Shown here: one piece after another, positions 48,745 through 62,135 of the stretch
How positions within the stretch are numbered: position 1 is the first letter of the stretch
How the letters are laid out: each line of letters starts with the position of its first letter
Origin: Lytechinus pictus
Taxonomy: Eukaryota
Direction of reading: 5' to 3'
NCBI RefSeq assembly: GCF_037042905.1
Contig: NC_087248.1
Location: 18,476,001 to 18,540,000, forward strand
Length of the DNA stretch: 64,000 nucleotides
Made by a program: the position numbers and the translations under genes
The notes under the pieces: model-generated
Databases searched by the model: none
What the model was told of the DNA's origin: nothing
The model's input: only the letters and a program-made list of their open reading frames with translations

Positions 48745-50562
48745 TTATTTATTTATTTATTTTTTATCTATTTATTTCAAATATTTTAAAGAAGGGTAGC
48801 CCAATCAGCAACAAGCTGGTTTTCGTTGGGGCCCTTCGTAAACAAACACAAATATAAAACATGTTGACACATTCGGATATAAACACAGAATAGAGCATAA
48901 ATACTAATATTGACAAATTAAATAATAAAATAATCATAATTAACTATGGAAAATAACAAAATAGATAAAATATGATACTGTACAAATGTTACCTAAAAGT
49001 AAACGAAAATTATATATACACATGAAATAGATAAGATATGTACAAAATGAGGAGAAAGAGTAGAATAGATTCCACCATTAGTCCCTATTACATATCAAAT
49101 GTTTTTCCCATATTGCCATTTCCCGTTTAAACTGTTTAATGTCTTTTATGAATCGGAGGTGTTTGGGTACTTCATTCCAATGCAATGGGCCTGTGACAAG
49201 AAATGATTACTGGTAAAAGGCTGTACGAGCATATGGCACCCTGATTATCATCTTATTTGTGCTCCTTGTTGTTCGAGAGGATACTTCTTCTATATAAATA
49301 AACTTGTCACAAAGCACCTGAGGAGCAGCTTCGTGTAAACATTTATGAACCATTAAGCAAAATGCTCTAAAAAATACATTGTGTATTTTTGGCCAAGATA
49401 ATATTTTAAAAATTTGTTCAGATGGAGTTTCCCAAGAAAAATTAGACACCATGCATGTATGCTGCCCTCTTATGTAATCTCTCTAACTTACTGTGATTAA
49501 TTTCAGATCTTCCCGACCAGACGGTACAGCAATACATTATATGAGGCATTACAAAAGCCCAATATAGCTTATTCAATTGTGCTTTATCAAAATACTGTTT
49601 ACAGCGACGAATAATTCCTAGTTTTTGTTTCACAATTAAAACTATAATCTCGACATGTTTTTTAAAGTCGAGATTGTTATCTATAATAACTCCTAAACAT
49701 TTAAATTTACTTACATATTCCAGTTGACATATATTTAACACTATCGATAGCATATTGCTGTCTAGTGATCTTAACTTTTGTTTTGATCCTAGTAGCATCG
49801 TTTTGGTCTAGTCACTATTCAAAATCAACTTGCTTTTGTTGAGCCAAGAGTCCAATTCCCTAAGAGCTTTTGACAGTTTGAGCTCAACCTCTTGCTTCTA
49901 TCCCCCAAACAGAAATAATAGTATCGTCAGCATACATAAACGGTGCCATTTGGTATAGCGTTAGGGAGATCATTAATGAATAAAGTGAAAAGTATCGGGG
50001 CTAAGATTGAACCCTGTGGCACACCCATTGTAACGTTTCTTAGAGTTGATTTTTCTTTTCCTAATGATACATATTGTTGGCGGTTTTTCAAGTATGAATC
50101 AAACCATTTGATGACATTTGGTGAGAATCCATATTGATGTAATTTATCTAATAGTAGGGAGTGGTTAACCGTATCAAATGCACGTCGAAGGTTTATAAAA
50201 GCTATACCATTCAGGTATCATTTATCTACATTCTCTGACCATAGATTCACCATGCATAATAAAGCTGTTTCGCATGAGTGCTTAGGGCGAAACCCAAACT
50301 GATTCTTATATAAGTAGTCTTTCTGAGATATATAATCAAATACGTTTAAGTGCACTGCCCTCTCGATTATTTTAGATAAAATCGGCAGTATAGATACAGG
50401 CCTGTAGTTTTTCAGTGTGGCTGAGTCCCCTCCTTTTGGAATCGGTTGGACTCTGGCTATTTTCCAAGCATCAGGGTATACAGAAGACTTTAAGGACAAA
50501 TTCAATATATATACTAAGCTTCCAATTACACGAGGAATATCACAAATATATTTCAGGAACAT
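48745..50562 (-). mobile_element. Decayed 5'-truncated CR1/L2-clade LINE (reverse transcriptase)
   Basis: WKIARVQPIPK..NYRPVSILPILSKIIE, QFGFRPKHSCETAL, GVPQGSILAP, YADD, KCLGVIID, YCCTVW; frameshifts; (TAAA)n tail. Confidence 0.92.
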
Positions 50563-51549
50563 TCAAAATTGCTCATTATGGGCCCAAAACAAGGCAGGGA
50601 TATGGATCAAGGTTCATTGAATTTAATAAAAGTCTTTTTTATATGATACGGCACGAATGTTATACCCGCCTTTTTTTCTTCCCCCCCCCCCCCCCCCCCC
50701 TTGGCAGAAAAATATTGCTGTCTGTAGTGATGAGCCGAAAAGCGGAAGAATTACTCCATGGGGACTGGCGGCAGATATTGCTAGAAATTACCCACTCCGA
50801 CCGGGAGCGCGGGAATTTTGTGGCATCTAATTCGACTGGCTAACGACTGGTAAATGGAAATAAGACGGCGGGCTTAAAAAGTCCCAAGTGTGGCTGCAGC
50901 CCGTTTAGAGGGCAATAGTCCTGTGTGACAGGATCTTCAAGGGGATTTTATTAACATATAAAGAGCCGAATACAAGTCACCGCCCTCTCTTTATCTCTCT
51001 GATTTAATTGTCCTCTGGGTCAATTCAAATGACCTTGAGAAATAGAGGAACGTCATTGGGCGGTTGTCTTTGAAGTAATGGCTTCTAAATCGCGGGTTAA
51101 TCGCCGCAATCAAGTAAAACAAATTGCTCTATTACGTGTGATGCACGGTGGTGTAATGAATAGCGTCAGCCGATGGCTGTTTGGGTAAAGCATTAGCAAT
51201 AACGGTTGAGATAAATGAAATCAGGAAAAATGGGAGAGAGAGAGAGAGATAGAAAGATTGGGGAGACTGTGATAGACACGAGATTAACAGAAACATAGAT
51301 AAAGAGAGAGGTGAAGAAGAAAGAAATGGAGGCAGAGAGATGGAGGACCTTTAATCATACTTTGCCCGGAGCGAAAATCAAATATAACCAATAAAACCAA
51401 TACATTGATATCATGTCCCCGTAAAAGCAAATATCGTTCTGAGTATAAGAGGTGAGATAATAATCATATTTTTGTCATTTGGGGCGTTTTTGTAGTCCGG
51501 ACCTTATCCGTACATCATAATAGGTGGTCTATATACATAATACCTGTAG

Positions 51550-51698
51550 CACTGGCGGATCCAGGGGGTGGCACATCCGGCCCGTGCCCACCCCTTTTGC
51601 GAAGCAAAATCAAAATTTGTATTGTAAAAATGCCGTTAAAACAGAAGTGTGTGCCCCCCTTTTTTTTGGGGGGGGCACAAATCCTGGATCTGCCCATG
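51550..51698. mobile_element. hAT-type MITE
   Basis: cactggcggatccagg / cctggatctgcccatg; TSD acctgtag / acctatag. Confidence 0.8.
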
Positions 51699-53585
51699 AC
51701 CTATAGGCCTTTTGTGACCACTGCATGCACCTTCACTTATATTCTGTTTTATCTGTTCGTTTGTTTGTTGTTGTTTTTTTCATTTAAAAAACATTACATT
51801 ATTTGGTCCTTTTAATGAAACCTTTGACCGATCCATTCACGAACAGATAAGAGTTGACAAGTAAATTTCTTACTAGCTAAATCTCTTATCTGTAGTAGAT
51901 ATTAAAACACCGTCTATTGGTTCTGTGTTTGTACACTGAGATAACCATGGTGTTCGATTAAAATTACACCCATGGATGTTATCAGAGGGTTACATCGAGA
52001 GCTGTATCCAAGTGTTAGCTTATGGTGTTAATTGAACATCTATCCGTGTTATATTGGTTGTACACTAGCACTTTTTGGTGTTATTCGGTTTGGTGCTATT
52101 GTGGTTGTATACACTACTGGCCTATATTTGGTAATATGTTTACTCTTTGGGTGCAATCACATCTGTGTTACAACTGTGGAGCTGGTGTTCAACACAATTT
52201 AGTGCTGTTGTAACGAGTTTTGGGTGTTAATCTGATACTATTTGGTGTTGTGTTTAAATTCTGAGTGTGTAACTGCAACGCCTACGGGAGCAGACCTCTT
52301 ACTACTTCAATTCTTATTGCACCCATTCGTAAAATGGAACATACTGGCATCGTTTCTTTACGAATACATGAGATATTCAAACCCACCGGCCCGTACTCTG
52401 TAGTTAATGAACCATTCAAGTAATTTGATCAACGCTATCAATCAACGAATTAGTTATTTTAGTAATATAAAAAGGGAAAGCTACCTTGGTTATACATTTT
52501 TCGTGTGAGAGGATAAAGATAAGATTTTTTAAAACCCACTCAAAAGATGGTTAAAGTACAAACCGACCGACTGTTGACTAAAATTTGTTAAAATTCATTT
52601 TGCATGCGGTTTTGTTTGGGCAAATTATCGATTTGTTTATAATATTTCAACAAACTTGTCATGCTTGTTGTAAAAAAGGAAAGTTTGAAATAGATCGGAA
52701 AGGATTCAGATATTTTTAGCTTTTACCTTTACTTTTACCCGAGATTCTGGATAAGTGCTGACGGTTCCAGCAGTCGCGCTTCCAGTTCAATGTATGTCTT
52801 ATCTACAGAAGATGTTAAAACATCACAAATAGTTCCGTGTAAACACTGCGATAGCTGTGGTGTAAGGTTTAAATTACGCCCTTAGATGTTATCAGAGGTG
52901 ACATCCAGCATTTTACACCCGTGTTGGAATATGGAGTTAATTTAACTCCCATTGGTGTCATATTGGTTGAACATTATTTAGTGTTATTTCGGTGTTAACT
53001 TGAAGTTATTCTGGAGTTATTTGATTACATATTGTCATTGTTTTCAGTTTGCTTGAATCATGTTCAGTAAAAAAAAGATTAAAATAAGTTTCGAAAAGCA
53101 ATAACCTATCTGGCCCTTTTGATCAATAATTTTCACAACCTCCTGACATATTAATTTGGGAAAAAAAGGATTGTTTTGCGTCATTCACGTGATGCGCTAT
53201 CAAGAATCAAATACACGCACCAAAATTCGGATAACCTTTAAAGATGACAATGAAACCTTCATTTCAAGGACTGTAATATCACACGCCCGGCAATTTTGGC
53301 GCCAAACAACTTCTACCATTACAACCCCGTAAATATCAAAGTACTATTTCGAACATAAGAGTTCTGGAATCTGCTCGGGGCGATGCGTATAATGATCAAT
53401 TATTACGCCATCAAAGTGTGACGTTCAATTATCGAGATGGATGTAAATTGTTGGAATATTTGATTTCTCATTTTCGAGCGCTGGGTACTGATTCATTGTT
53501 ATTTTTGTAAGGTTAACGAGACCGATCACCCCCCCCCCCCCACCTCCTCACTATCCTTACTAGTGGCTGAGACGTCTCCGGAATT

Positions 53586-53851
53586 CAGGGGTGGCCCTAC
53601 ATAAGGGGGGGGGGGCAACCGTCCGTCTATTATATTTAAAATAATGAAAGGGTGGGAAAATAGAAAATGGGGAACAAAGAGGAGGGAGAAATTGAAGAAA
53701 CGAGGACGTTTAAAAATGTGACGTCTGGGCCATTAAAACTCTACAATACTCCAATAGCTCAATTATTGAATGAAGCAAAAATATGACGTCATATTTATGT
53801 CATCTTTCCTCCCCCTCCCCCCACAATCAAGATATTCTGGCGCTGCCCTTG
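53586..53851. mobile_element. hAT-type MITE (old)
   Basis: caggggtggcc / ggcgctgcccttg; TSD ccggaatt / tcagaatt. Confidence 0.6.
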
Positions 53852-54669
53852 TCAGAATTTGTTCGGCATCCGAGAACCAACAACGAGTGTTGACATTTTC
53901 TACAATTAGTTTATTTGACTGTTTGTTTTAATGCTTTTTGGCGGGAAAAATGTGTGTAATAAATGCTTCAGACATCCATGATTTTCCCTTTTGAGGCTGG
54001 CAACCATTTCCCATCTTTGACAGCACTTATTTATAATCGATCGCTATTTTAGCAAGTTGAGAATACAAAATAATAAGGAACCTTCTTCTTGGTTATGAAA
54101 TACAACATACATGTATACCAAGACAAAGATAAGTTCGACGATATAAAAACAAAATTGTGCAGCATGTCGTGTGCGGTATTGTGTGGCCGGAATGTAAAAA
54201 TGATTTTGAGAGTCGTTCTATTATACAGAGCCTATATTTATTGAAAATGAAATTGGATAGGAAAGGCGAGGAGATAATAAGAAATAGTGAGAGAGAGAAT
54301 AAAATGAGAGGGGATACAGAAAGGAGAGAGAGTAAAAAAAAGAAAGAAAGAAAGAGTGAGAGAGAGGGAGATAGAACAAGAAAAAAGAAGAGACTGGAAG
54401 AGACGGGTATGACGTACATGCAATTATTGATAATTGAAACCAAACTTAACTTGCCACATCGCATCATCAATCTTGTCTAATAATCCGTTAAATCTGCCTC
54501 TGGTCAAATACTGTTGGTGTTTTAAGCCCCACCCCTTACCAGTTTTCCCACATTCTCTTTCTCTCTCTCTATCCTTTTTTTCTATCTCCATTTTCATCTT
54601 TGGTTCCTCTTCTCTTTTGTGCCCGGGCTATTATCTGCTGGAAATAAAATAATTTATTGTGTCCCAATA

Positions 54670-55710
54670 AGTGTCCCACAGTGTACCCACGATGTGAAAC
54701 ACACTGTGACATCATCGTCACACTGTTTAATTTGAGTTTTTTACCAGTGAAAGTACACTGTTTAATTTGAGCTTTTTAACATTGAGAGTAAGGAGTTTTA
54801 CATGGTCTACTACGAAAACACACTGTGAATATTCATAGTATAGATGTTAAAACGGTGTGGAAAAGTATTCTCACTTTTAACGTTGAGCATTATAACAGTG
54901 TCAGTCATAGTTTTACACAGTCCCCTATTTGAGCACACTGTGAAATATGTCCACACTGTAGATTATGTCCATGGGGTGGAATTGCTTTCACACTGTTTAC
55001 ACAGTTAAATAAAAGCGCATTTTAAGTGTGAACCACATCTTAACATATTCTACAATGCAAACACACTGTGAACACTTATAATGTCGAGGTGTTCCCAGTG
55101 TGAACTCATCTTCACACTGTTTATACAGTTAAAAGCGCATTTTAAGTGTGAACCACATCTTAACATAGTCTACAATGTAAACACACTGTGAACACTTAAA
55201 CCGTGGAAGTGTCTACAGTGTGGAATCACCTTCACACTGTTAATATGGGCATGTTGATCGTGTGAACCACAGCTTTTTGAACACAATGTGAACACAGTGT
55301 GAACACAGTGTGAACACACTGTGAACAGCTATGCTGTCAATATTTCCACAGTGTGAAATCATTTTCACACTTGTCAATATTAGCTTTTTAATTGTGTGAA
55401 TCACATCTTTCCATATAGTCCACTGTGTGAACACAGTATGTACACACTGTGAAAACTACGGTCGAGTCGTCTGCCATATGAAATCATCTTCACATTGTTA
55501 TTATGAACATTTTAATAGTGTGAACCACACCTTTACATCCACTGTGTGAACACTCAAGCCGTCGAAGTGTCCACAGTGTGAAACCATCTTCATACAGTGT
55601 CAATATGAACATTTTCACAGTGTGACTTTACGTCTTCACATAAATGTACTTGTAGTCCACCATATGAACACACTGTGATCACAATGTGTGACGCTGTTCT
55701 TTCAGCGGGG
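54670..55710. repeat. Minisatellite array (~120-bp units rich in cacactgtgaa / cacagtgtgaa)
   Basis: Near-identical units at ~54985-55105 and 55110-55230, with more diverged units on both sides. Confidence 0.85.
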
Positions 55711-56030
55711 AATGTCGTTCTCGTTCTCTCTTAGCTCAACACTGATCACGTACCTTGTTGGCTTTCATGAATCTTTTGCGACACGCCTCACGGAATTGTA
55801 ATTTATTTCAATTATTGTATTTATTTATTCTCCACTCGTGGGCTGGATGGCCCTCTTCAGCCACAGGCTGTTCTTCTGAGGGGTCCAGTAATGAGAAGGA
55901 TTAGACCACTTTTTGTGATTTAAAGTATAACGAAAGAAATATGACAATTAGTTGAATCAAATTAGCATTGCTTAATAACTATTTCTTATAACACCGGCCG
56001 TCCCCAACTTATACAAAATTATAATGTCTT

Positions 56031-56339
56031 TAATCGGAATACATTGATCATTATCCTTTATTTATATTTATATATAATTTTTTTGTCATTATTGATGCGA
56101 CGTGTTTTTCTATCAAATGTGTATCACCTACCGTAATTAGGTGCATATAATTTTCGCTGGTGCTCCTTACTTTCTAAAATACTATTAATCGGAATACATT
56201 GATCATTATCCTTTTTTATATTTATATATAACTTTTTTTTTTCATTATTGATGCGACGTGATTTTTTTTCTATCAACTGTGTATCACCTACCGTCATAAG
56301 GAAAATATTTTTTGTTTACGCTCCTTACTTTCTAAAATA
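56031..56339. repeat. Tandem duplication, ~155 bp x2
   Basis: taatcggaatacattgatcattatcc...gctccttactttctaaaata occurs twice. Confidence 0.9.
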
Positions 56340-57509
56340 TTTTTCACGCCACCCTCCCCCCCCCCCCCCTCCAATGGTCTGGATCCACTGGTATACAATC
56401 GCCGTATTGTACCAGTAATCAAGGTATTATCTTTCAGTATACATTTACTTTAATTCTTTTTAGGCTATGGCTGTATCATTGATTGTCCTTTCGATCCCCC
56501 CCCCCCCCCCCTCTGTCTCTGTCTCTCCCCCTCTCTCTCTCTTTATTTCTCTCTGCCACGCACTCACTCTTTCCGTCTTTCCTTTTTTCTCTTTTTTCTT
56601 CCTTTCATCTATTATTTCATTCTTTTATCCGTCACCTTGTCACAAGCCAGTTGCCAGGTTTTAAACTGCGCTTCGAAACAGTTCATGAAGACCTGCATGC
56701 CATAACCACTTCACCTATTTAGGCAAGCTTATTAACATGCTTAAGATGAGCAATACGATCATGAAACTTACATTTATTTCTCGTGGTAAAGCAACTTTCG
56801 ACATTAATTGCCTTTAAGTCCCTATTCACGAACTGGGTCCGTCGAAAACGAATTAAATGACCGTGAGAGAGACAGGTTTGGATTGTAAAAGTGATAACAG
56901 CGACGGTTCTAGAATCACTCGATGTATTCAGCTCACATGACTTGCCACACCTTTTATGGGAAAACATAAAACGAAATGGAGATTAATTTAGTTGAGAAGT
57001 GGCTGGAAAGAATTTTAAAAGAATGATTGGGAGAGAACGTGACTGATAAAGGAGAGAGATACCAAAGAAAAAAGACTGAAGACGATGGCATCACAGGAAA
57101 CGTGAGGACTGCTGTTCATCAGATATTTCAGTTCAATTTAATTTGCATTCATTTCATTCTCGATTTAAAAAATACATGATACAAAAAATTTATAAGTAAT
57201 TATATATAAGCGAAAGTAGAATGAAAATGAAATGGGGATATGCATAAAAGGCAAAGAGGACTTCTACCAACTCAACTCCAACAACTTTGAAAACATGGTA
57301 AAGAAATGATACAGACAAACAACAAAAACAACCTATGATACAATAATAATAATCAAGGCAATAACAAAACATAGAAAATGATAATTCACAAGAGAGAAAT
57401 GACTATACATGTTTGAGTACTAATTTTACTGAATATCCTTTTGCAAAAAAATATGTAATGTGCACGCAAGGTTTCTGTTTGTATTGGGATGAACAGAATC
57501 AAAGTCCTA

Positions 57510-57797
57510 CAGATGGTGGCGTGAGGGCGCTTGCCCCCCCCCCCCAAAAAAAAAAAGATAAATAAATAAAGGACTAAAATGGAGGGAAGGGAAAGAGACA
57601 GACGAGAAATGTGATATTATTTTCTGATTATGTCAAAATCTATCAAAAAATTTGATTTTTGTAATAAAAATGTCGAAATTTTGCAAGCTCGCTTCGCTCT
57701 CTGCTCAACCTCTTAAAAAAAGAAATTTTGCCCGATGCACCGTATCTGACCCCCCCCCCCAAAAAAAAAAAGTTTTATTTGGATCATTACGCCACTG
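57510..57797. mobile_element. hAT-type MITE remnant
   Basis: gtggcgt...cattacgccactg with poly-C tracts and a gctcgcttcgctc motif. Confidence 0.55.
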
Positions 57798-58578
57798 CTG
57801 GACAAAATAACATGCAGGGTAATTTGACGGACTTTTGTAGGTCTACATCTACATCAGGGAGTTATAAAATTACAATGTTAAAGGAGAAGTAATCTCGTTT
57901 AACCCCATGATAAACTGGTAAGAGGAGGGTTTTCCCTTCCATTGTTTCTCTATTTGACAATTTATACCTCCGTGAAGTTTATAAAATTATGATTGTCGTC
58001 GTTTCGTTTTATCGATATGCCCCCATTATACCGCCTCGCGCCTATCAACACATTAATTCTTGATGTCACGTATGTATTACATATCAAACATCGTGATCCA
58101 GAAAAGTCAATTTGATCAACGATTCTGGTCGGGGTTTTTTTTTTCTCTCGTTTATTGGATGACCCAAATAATGAAAAATTATATGTCGAACGTTCCCCAT
58201 GAAATAAATGTTCCTCAAGGGTCATGTAACCAGGGGATTTTGTTTTTTAATAAACGTGTACAAAAACGTAATCTGTTTGAGATTTTTTGCAGTGTCCCAC
58301 CCCCCCCCCCCCCCACACACACACACATACACTTTCAAAAAGGTTCCGCCGTCCCTGTACCAATCCTTCTCCCTTTCCTGGCTGCATGCATGTGCTACAG
58401 TCTCTGCAAATATGTGTTTTTTTTTTATTTGTACACGTGTATTTTATTGGTTAAAGCGATCGAAAATAATCATGATAAGGGTTGTTTGCTCGAGTGGTAA
58501 GGGGTTTTCTCTGGAGAAATTGTCCTAAATGTAGGCAATATTTAATGATTGTATTTCGTGATTTGTCCCAGATTCCAG

Positions 58579-58735
58579 ATGCCCGTTTCATAAAAGACAT
58601 GCAACTGTTGTAACTCTGACATAATGGCAACTACCATGGTAACAGGGCTCAGCAGCCAATCAGAATCAAGGTTACCATGGAAGTTGCCATAATGGCAAAG
58701 TTAGAACTGTTGCAAGTCCTTTATGAAACGGGACC
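58579..58735. mobile_element. Harbinger-like MITE with a central CCAAT box
   Basis: cag|..cccgtttcataaaagac...gtcctttatgaaacggg..|cag; ~60-bp inverted arms. Confidence 0.85.
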
Positions 58736-60149
58736 CAGATGTATATAGAAGCGAGGATGCCATCCCACCCCCTATATAAAAGGAGCGTGATTATAATCCT
58801 TGTAATATTACATTTAAAGACATAATACTTTAAAGATTGGTTGAAACTAATTTACGGGAGCAAAGGCTTTTGCTCCTCTCCAGTTAAGGGACCGCAGTGG
58901 AGGTAAATGCCAAAATGCATCAATTTTGCTTCAATTTCGGATCGACAACCAACACCATTGATATATGTCTACGAAAATTGGCCTGTTTTATACAAGGATT
59001 GTATGTGTGTGTTTCACAGTGTGGATATGTTTCGGTGGGAGTAATGACGTTCTATAGAAAAAGAAAGAAAACTAATCTTGCACAATATTAACGAGCTTTA
59101 GGGTTAATACCCGTTCGTCTCTCAACTCTGTAGGCTGCCAATTCTTGCTTGCGTAATTTAGATTGTCAAGAAGGCAAGCACACCCTAACAGAACAGCTGA
59201 TGAAGCCTTTCAATTTGGTATCGGTTTCAGAGCATTGAAATCCATATGAAGCGTTATCTTGTATTTTAATCGGTATATTAAGCATTGTCGCCATGGGCTA
59301 TAATGTCGCAAGAAATATCAGGAAATGATCTGCAATCGCTCTTAAACTCGCTGTTCGGCTCACCAATAAATTACACTTTGATGGCGATATGCATTCCCGC
59401 GTTGGCGGAGATCTTATCGATTTCACGTTGACATTTCGCGCGTTAATCAACGTGTGCAGACTTAAACACACGCGCCCTCATCAGTCCTCGGCGACGCCCG
59501 AATGCTTGTCGGCTGTTAAGGTTGGCACCGCGGGCAAATGTATTACGTTTCTTGCTGGGTTTTGTCCAAAGCTTTCCCCTTGATTATTCCGCAGCGTTTG
59601 ACATTTCCATTCGGCATGTCACCAGGTAATGACGGAAATTACTTTCAATTGCGCCTTGAAAAGGGGCGGGCTTAAAGTGAAGTGAAAGTTGCCATTTGAA
59701 GGGCCACGAAGTTCTAATGATTATAGGCAACGGACAGGTGGTTGGAGGACTTTTCGCTTGTTCTCAAAGTGTTTAGCGCGGCGCATGTTGAAGTCATTTC
59801 CGCCAAAATGACATTGATTTTGCCGCCAAGAGCATGAAGAGTGTGGGGAGAACTTTAGAAGTAGGTTATGTAAAGGTGATGTAAATGAACTTGCGATGTT
59901 CGTGTAGGCCCTGTAGGTTTAAACATTGAATACTTAATGACGTTGCTTTGCGCGAAGGAGAATGAGGGTTTATAGGCCTAATATCCCAACAATCACAGTG
60001 CATGGTTTCCAAAAAGGGAAACATTGTATTTTACGTGTATTGCGTTTTCATTTCTTCAAATATTGGAAGTAAAAATCAAATCAGAAAGTTTAGTTGCGGT
60101 TCTTGATTAGAAGTAATATGCCTACAAGATGTCACTTTTTTATGAACTC

Positions 60150-60445
60150 TTAAAACGCCATTCATATAAATCTAGTCTGGATTCATTACTCTGAATTAGT
60201 CTGCCGAATATCTTCACCTTATATAATTTTTCTTTACCCAATAAGACAGAAAAATCGATTCGGATCTATCAAAATGTTAACAAAATTCAGTCTTCTGTGA
60301 ATTACATAATCAGTTTCATCACTGCAAGTTCAAGCATAAAAACTGTAGATGAATACAACTCTACATACTTGGGATTTGCTTCACACAATGTGTGTGGTCT
60401 CCCGCAAGGAAGCCTCTTTGTCCCGCTTCTTTTTAACATGTTAGC
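60150..60445 (+). mobile_element. Highly decayed LINE RT fragment
   Basis: CGLPQGSLFVPLLFNM from 60393; a DLSK-like motif upstream at ~60263. Confidence 0.55.
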
Positions 60446-60952
60446 CTGAACGAACAACCATGGCGGTAGAGAGCCATGGAACAACCTACCGATCCAACGA
60501 ATTACAAGACATACTTTTGTGTACTTTATATTGATATTCTCTTCTCCAAGCTCATGAAACTAAAATAAATACTTTTGTTTTAATAATGTAGGACTGCTTG
60601 ATGTTCTCTATTTCCCAAATTGCAAAAAAGCAAGTTGCAAATAAAATCTATCCGGCAAATTCATAATATTGTTTGCTCTCTAGCATATCCTTTTCAATAG
60701 TTTTACCCAAACTTTAGCCTCTCAAACGTTTTGCTAAATTGCGAGTAAGCACTCAGCTCACACCCTCTTACTACCTCGGTTCGCTTTCACCAACTTGAAG
60801 TGTGTTCATAATAATTTATAGTCCCCCCCCCCAAAAAAAAAAGCCTATCATTGCTTTCAATCGTAAACACACTCCCCAGTGTTGTTTTTTGTTTTTCTAA
60901 TCACAGACGTTTCATCAAGATCTACTCCGAGACGATGACACATGTTGATACA

Positions 60953-60966
60953 GTTGCCATGGCAAC
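60953..60966. promoter_or_regulatory. Perfect RFX X-box palindrome
   Basis: GTTGCCATGGCAAC in unique, CpG-rich sequence. Confidence 0.55.
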
Positions 60967-62135
60967 GCGAACGTCTGCAACACGGAATGGGGCAGACTCG
61001 GAATGCGTTTATTTATGGTCGGCTGCAAGTGCTTTTCTTGTTGATGAAAGTTTTCCCGCCTTCGCCGGTCGCAGGGTCGGGATCGCATGTCAGTATTAGC
61101 TTATTTTGCAGTGTGTAACTGGCTTAAGCGCATTTCACAATTGGTGGTGCGACTTCTTACAAACGTTGCAATTGTGTATACAACATAATATTGTGACCGA
61201 ATGATCGTAAACGATCTCATAAGCAATTATGAACGCCCTTTTAGTCAAAGTCCCTACTGTGTGTTGTTCAGAGAAATTAATTGACAAACTTCAAACACTG
61301 CATTCGCTGCTTTGTTATTTAAAAACTGTGCTTGCATTTTTTTATATAATTCTTGTAATCGTCTATTTTCTTTCATTTTCATCCATAGCGCAAACGAGTA
61401 CTTTTCTTATAGATGAAAATAGATTTAAAGTTTTGAGTATCTTATGAATTAAAAAAAGCTCGAAATATAAAGTCCATAATTTTGCTGACATGAAAGTATT
61501 TTTCTATTTAAGCTTATTAGAACGTATACTGAATGTCAATCAATCTTAAACCAAATAGCTCTATGCTTAAACATTATCTAATATTTGAATTGAATTGAAT
61601 TGAATATACACGAGCAAAGCGCGCATGATACTCCATAATTTTCGCGCTCAAAGTCTTATGCGTTCATTAAATTTCCTTTTACAATATACCTATACCTCAT
61701 TCTTTCTCATAATAACAGTTATGATTATGTTCTGATCTTCTCGATGAGATATTTATCTCACATCCATACGTCACTTGCTCGTTGATTAATTCCATTACGT
61801 TTCGTTATGGCTGATGATAGTCATTTCTGAAGGGTTCATAAGAACGGGGCCAACTATATAGGATGATTCATAATTATGGACGGGGCTCGTAATGATAAAA
61901 AATGGAAGTAATCTTCCCTGTATATTTCCACTTGGGCTACACCAGTTCCGTTTCGTATCGTCCCACATGATCTAAACTAAGTTCGTCTGCTCACCATTTT
62001 GTCTTATTTCCACGTCTTCTTAATGAGACAGATACCCCTGTATTCTGACCAATTTATATATATATATATTTGATAGGATGCTATATGTAGATACAGCGAA
62101 AATAAAGCAATGAGACGTAGCCGGGGTTCAGTTCA

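Noticed and set aside
54093-54652. Hydrophobic or charged ORFs (also 38388-38593, 40467-40739, 56467-56722)
   Set aside because: Translations of GA/CT-rich low-complexity tracts.
54670-55710. CRISPR-like array
   Set aside because: Eukaryotic context; whole units are similar with no unique spacers, and there are no cas genes.
58060-58500. 146-aa ORF
   Set aside because: Only a possible VPQGS RT relic plus poly-C/CA repeat; not a coherent gene.
59195-59235. CTGATGA hammerhead-like core
   Set aside because: No GAAA after the stem-II candidate.
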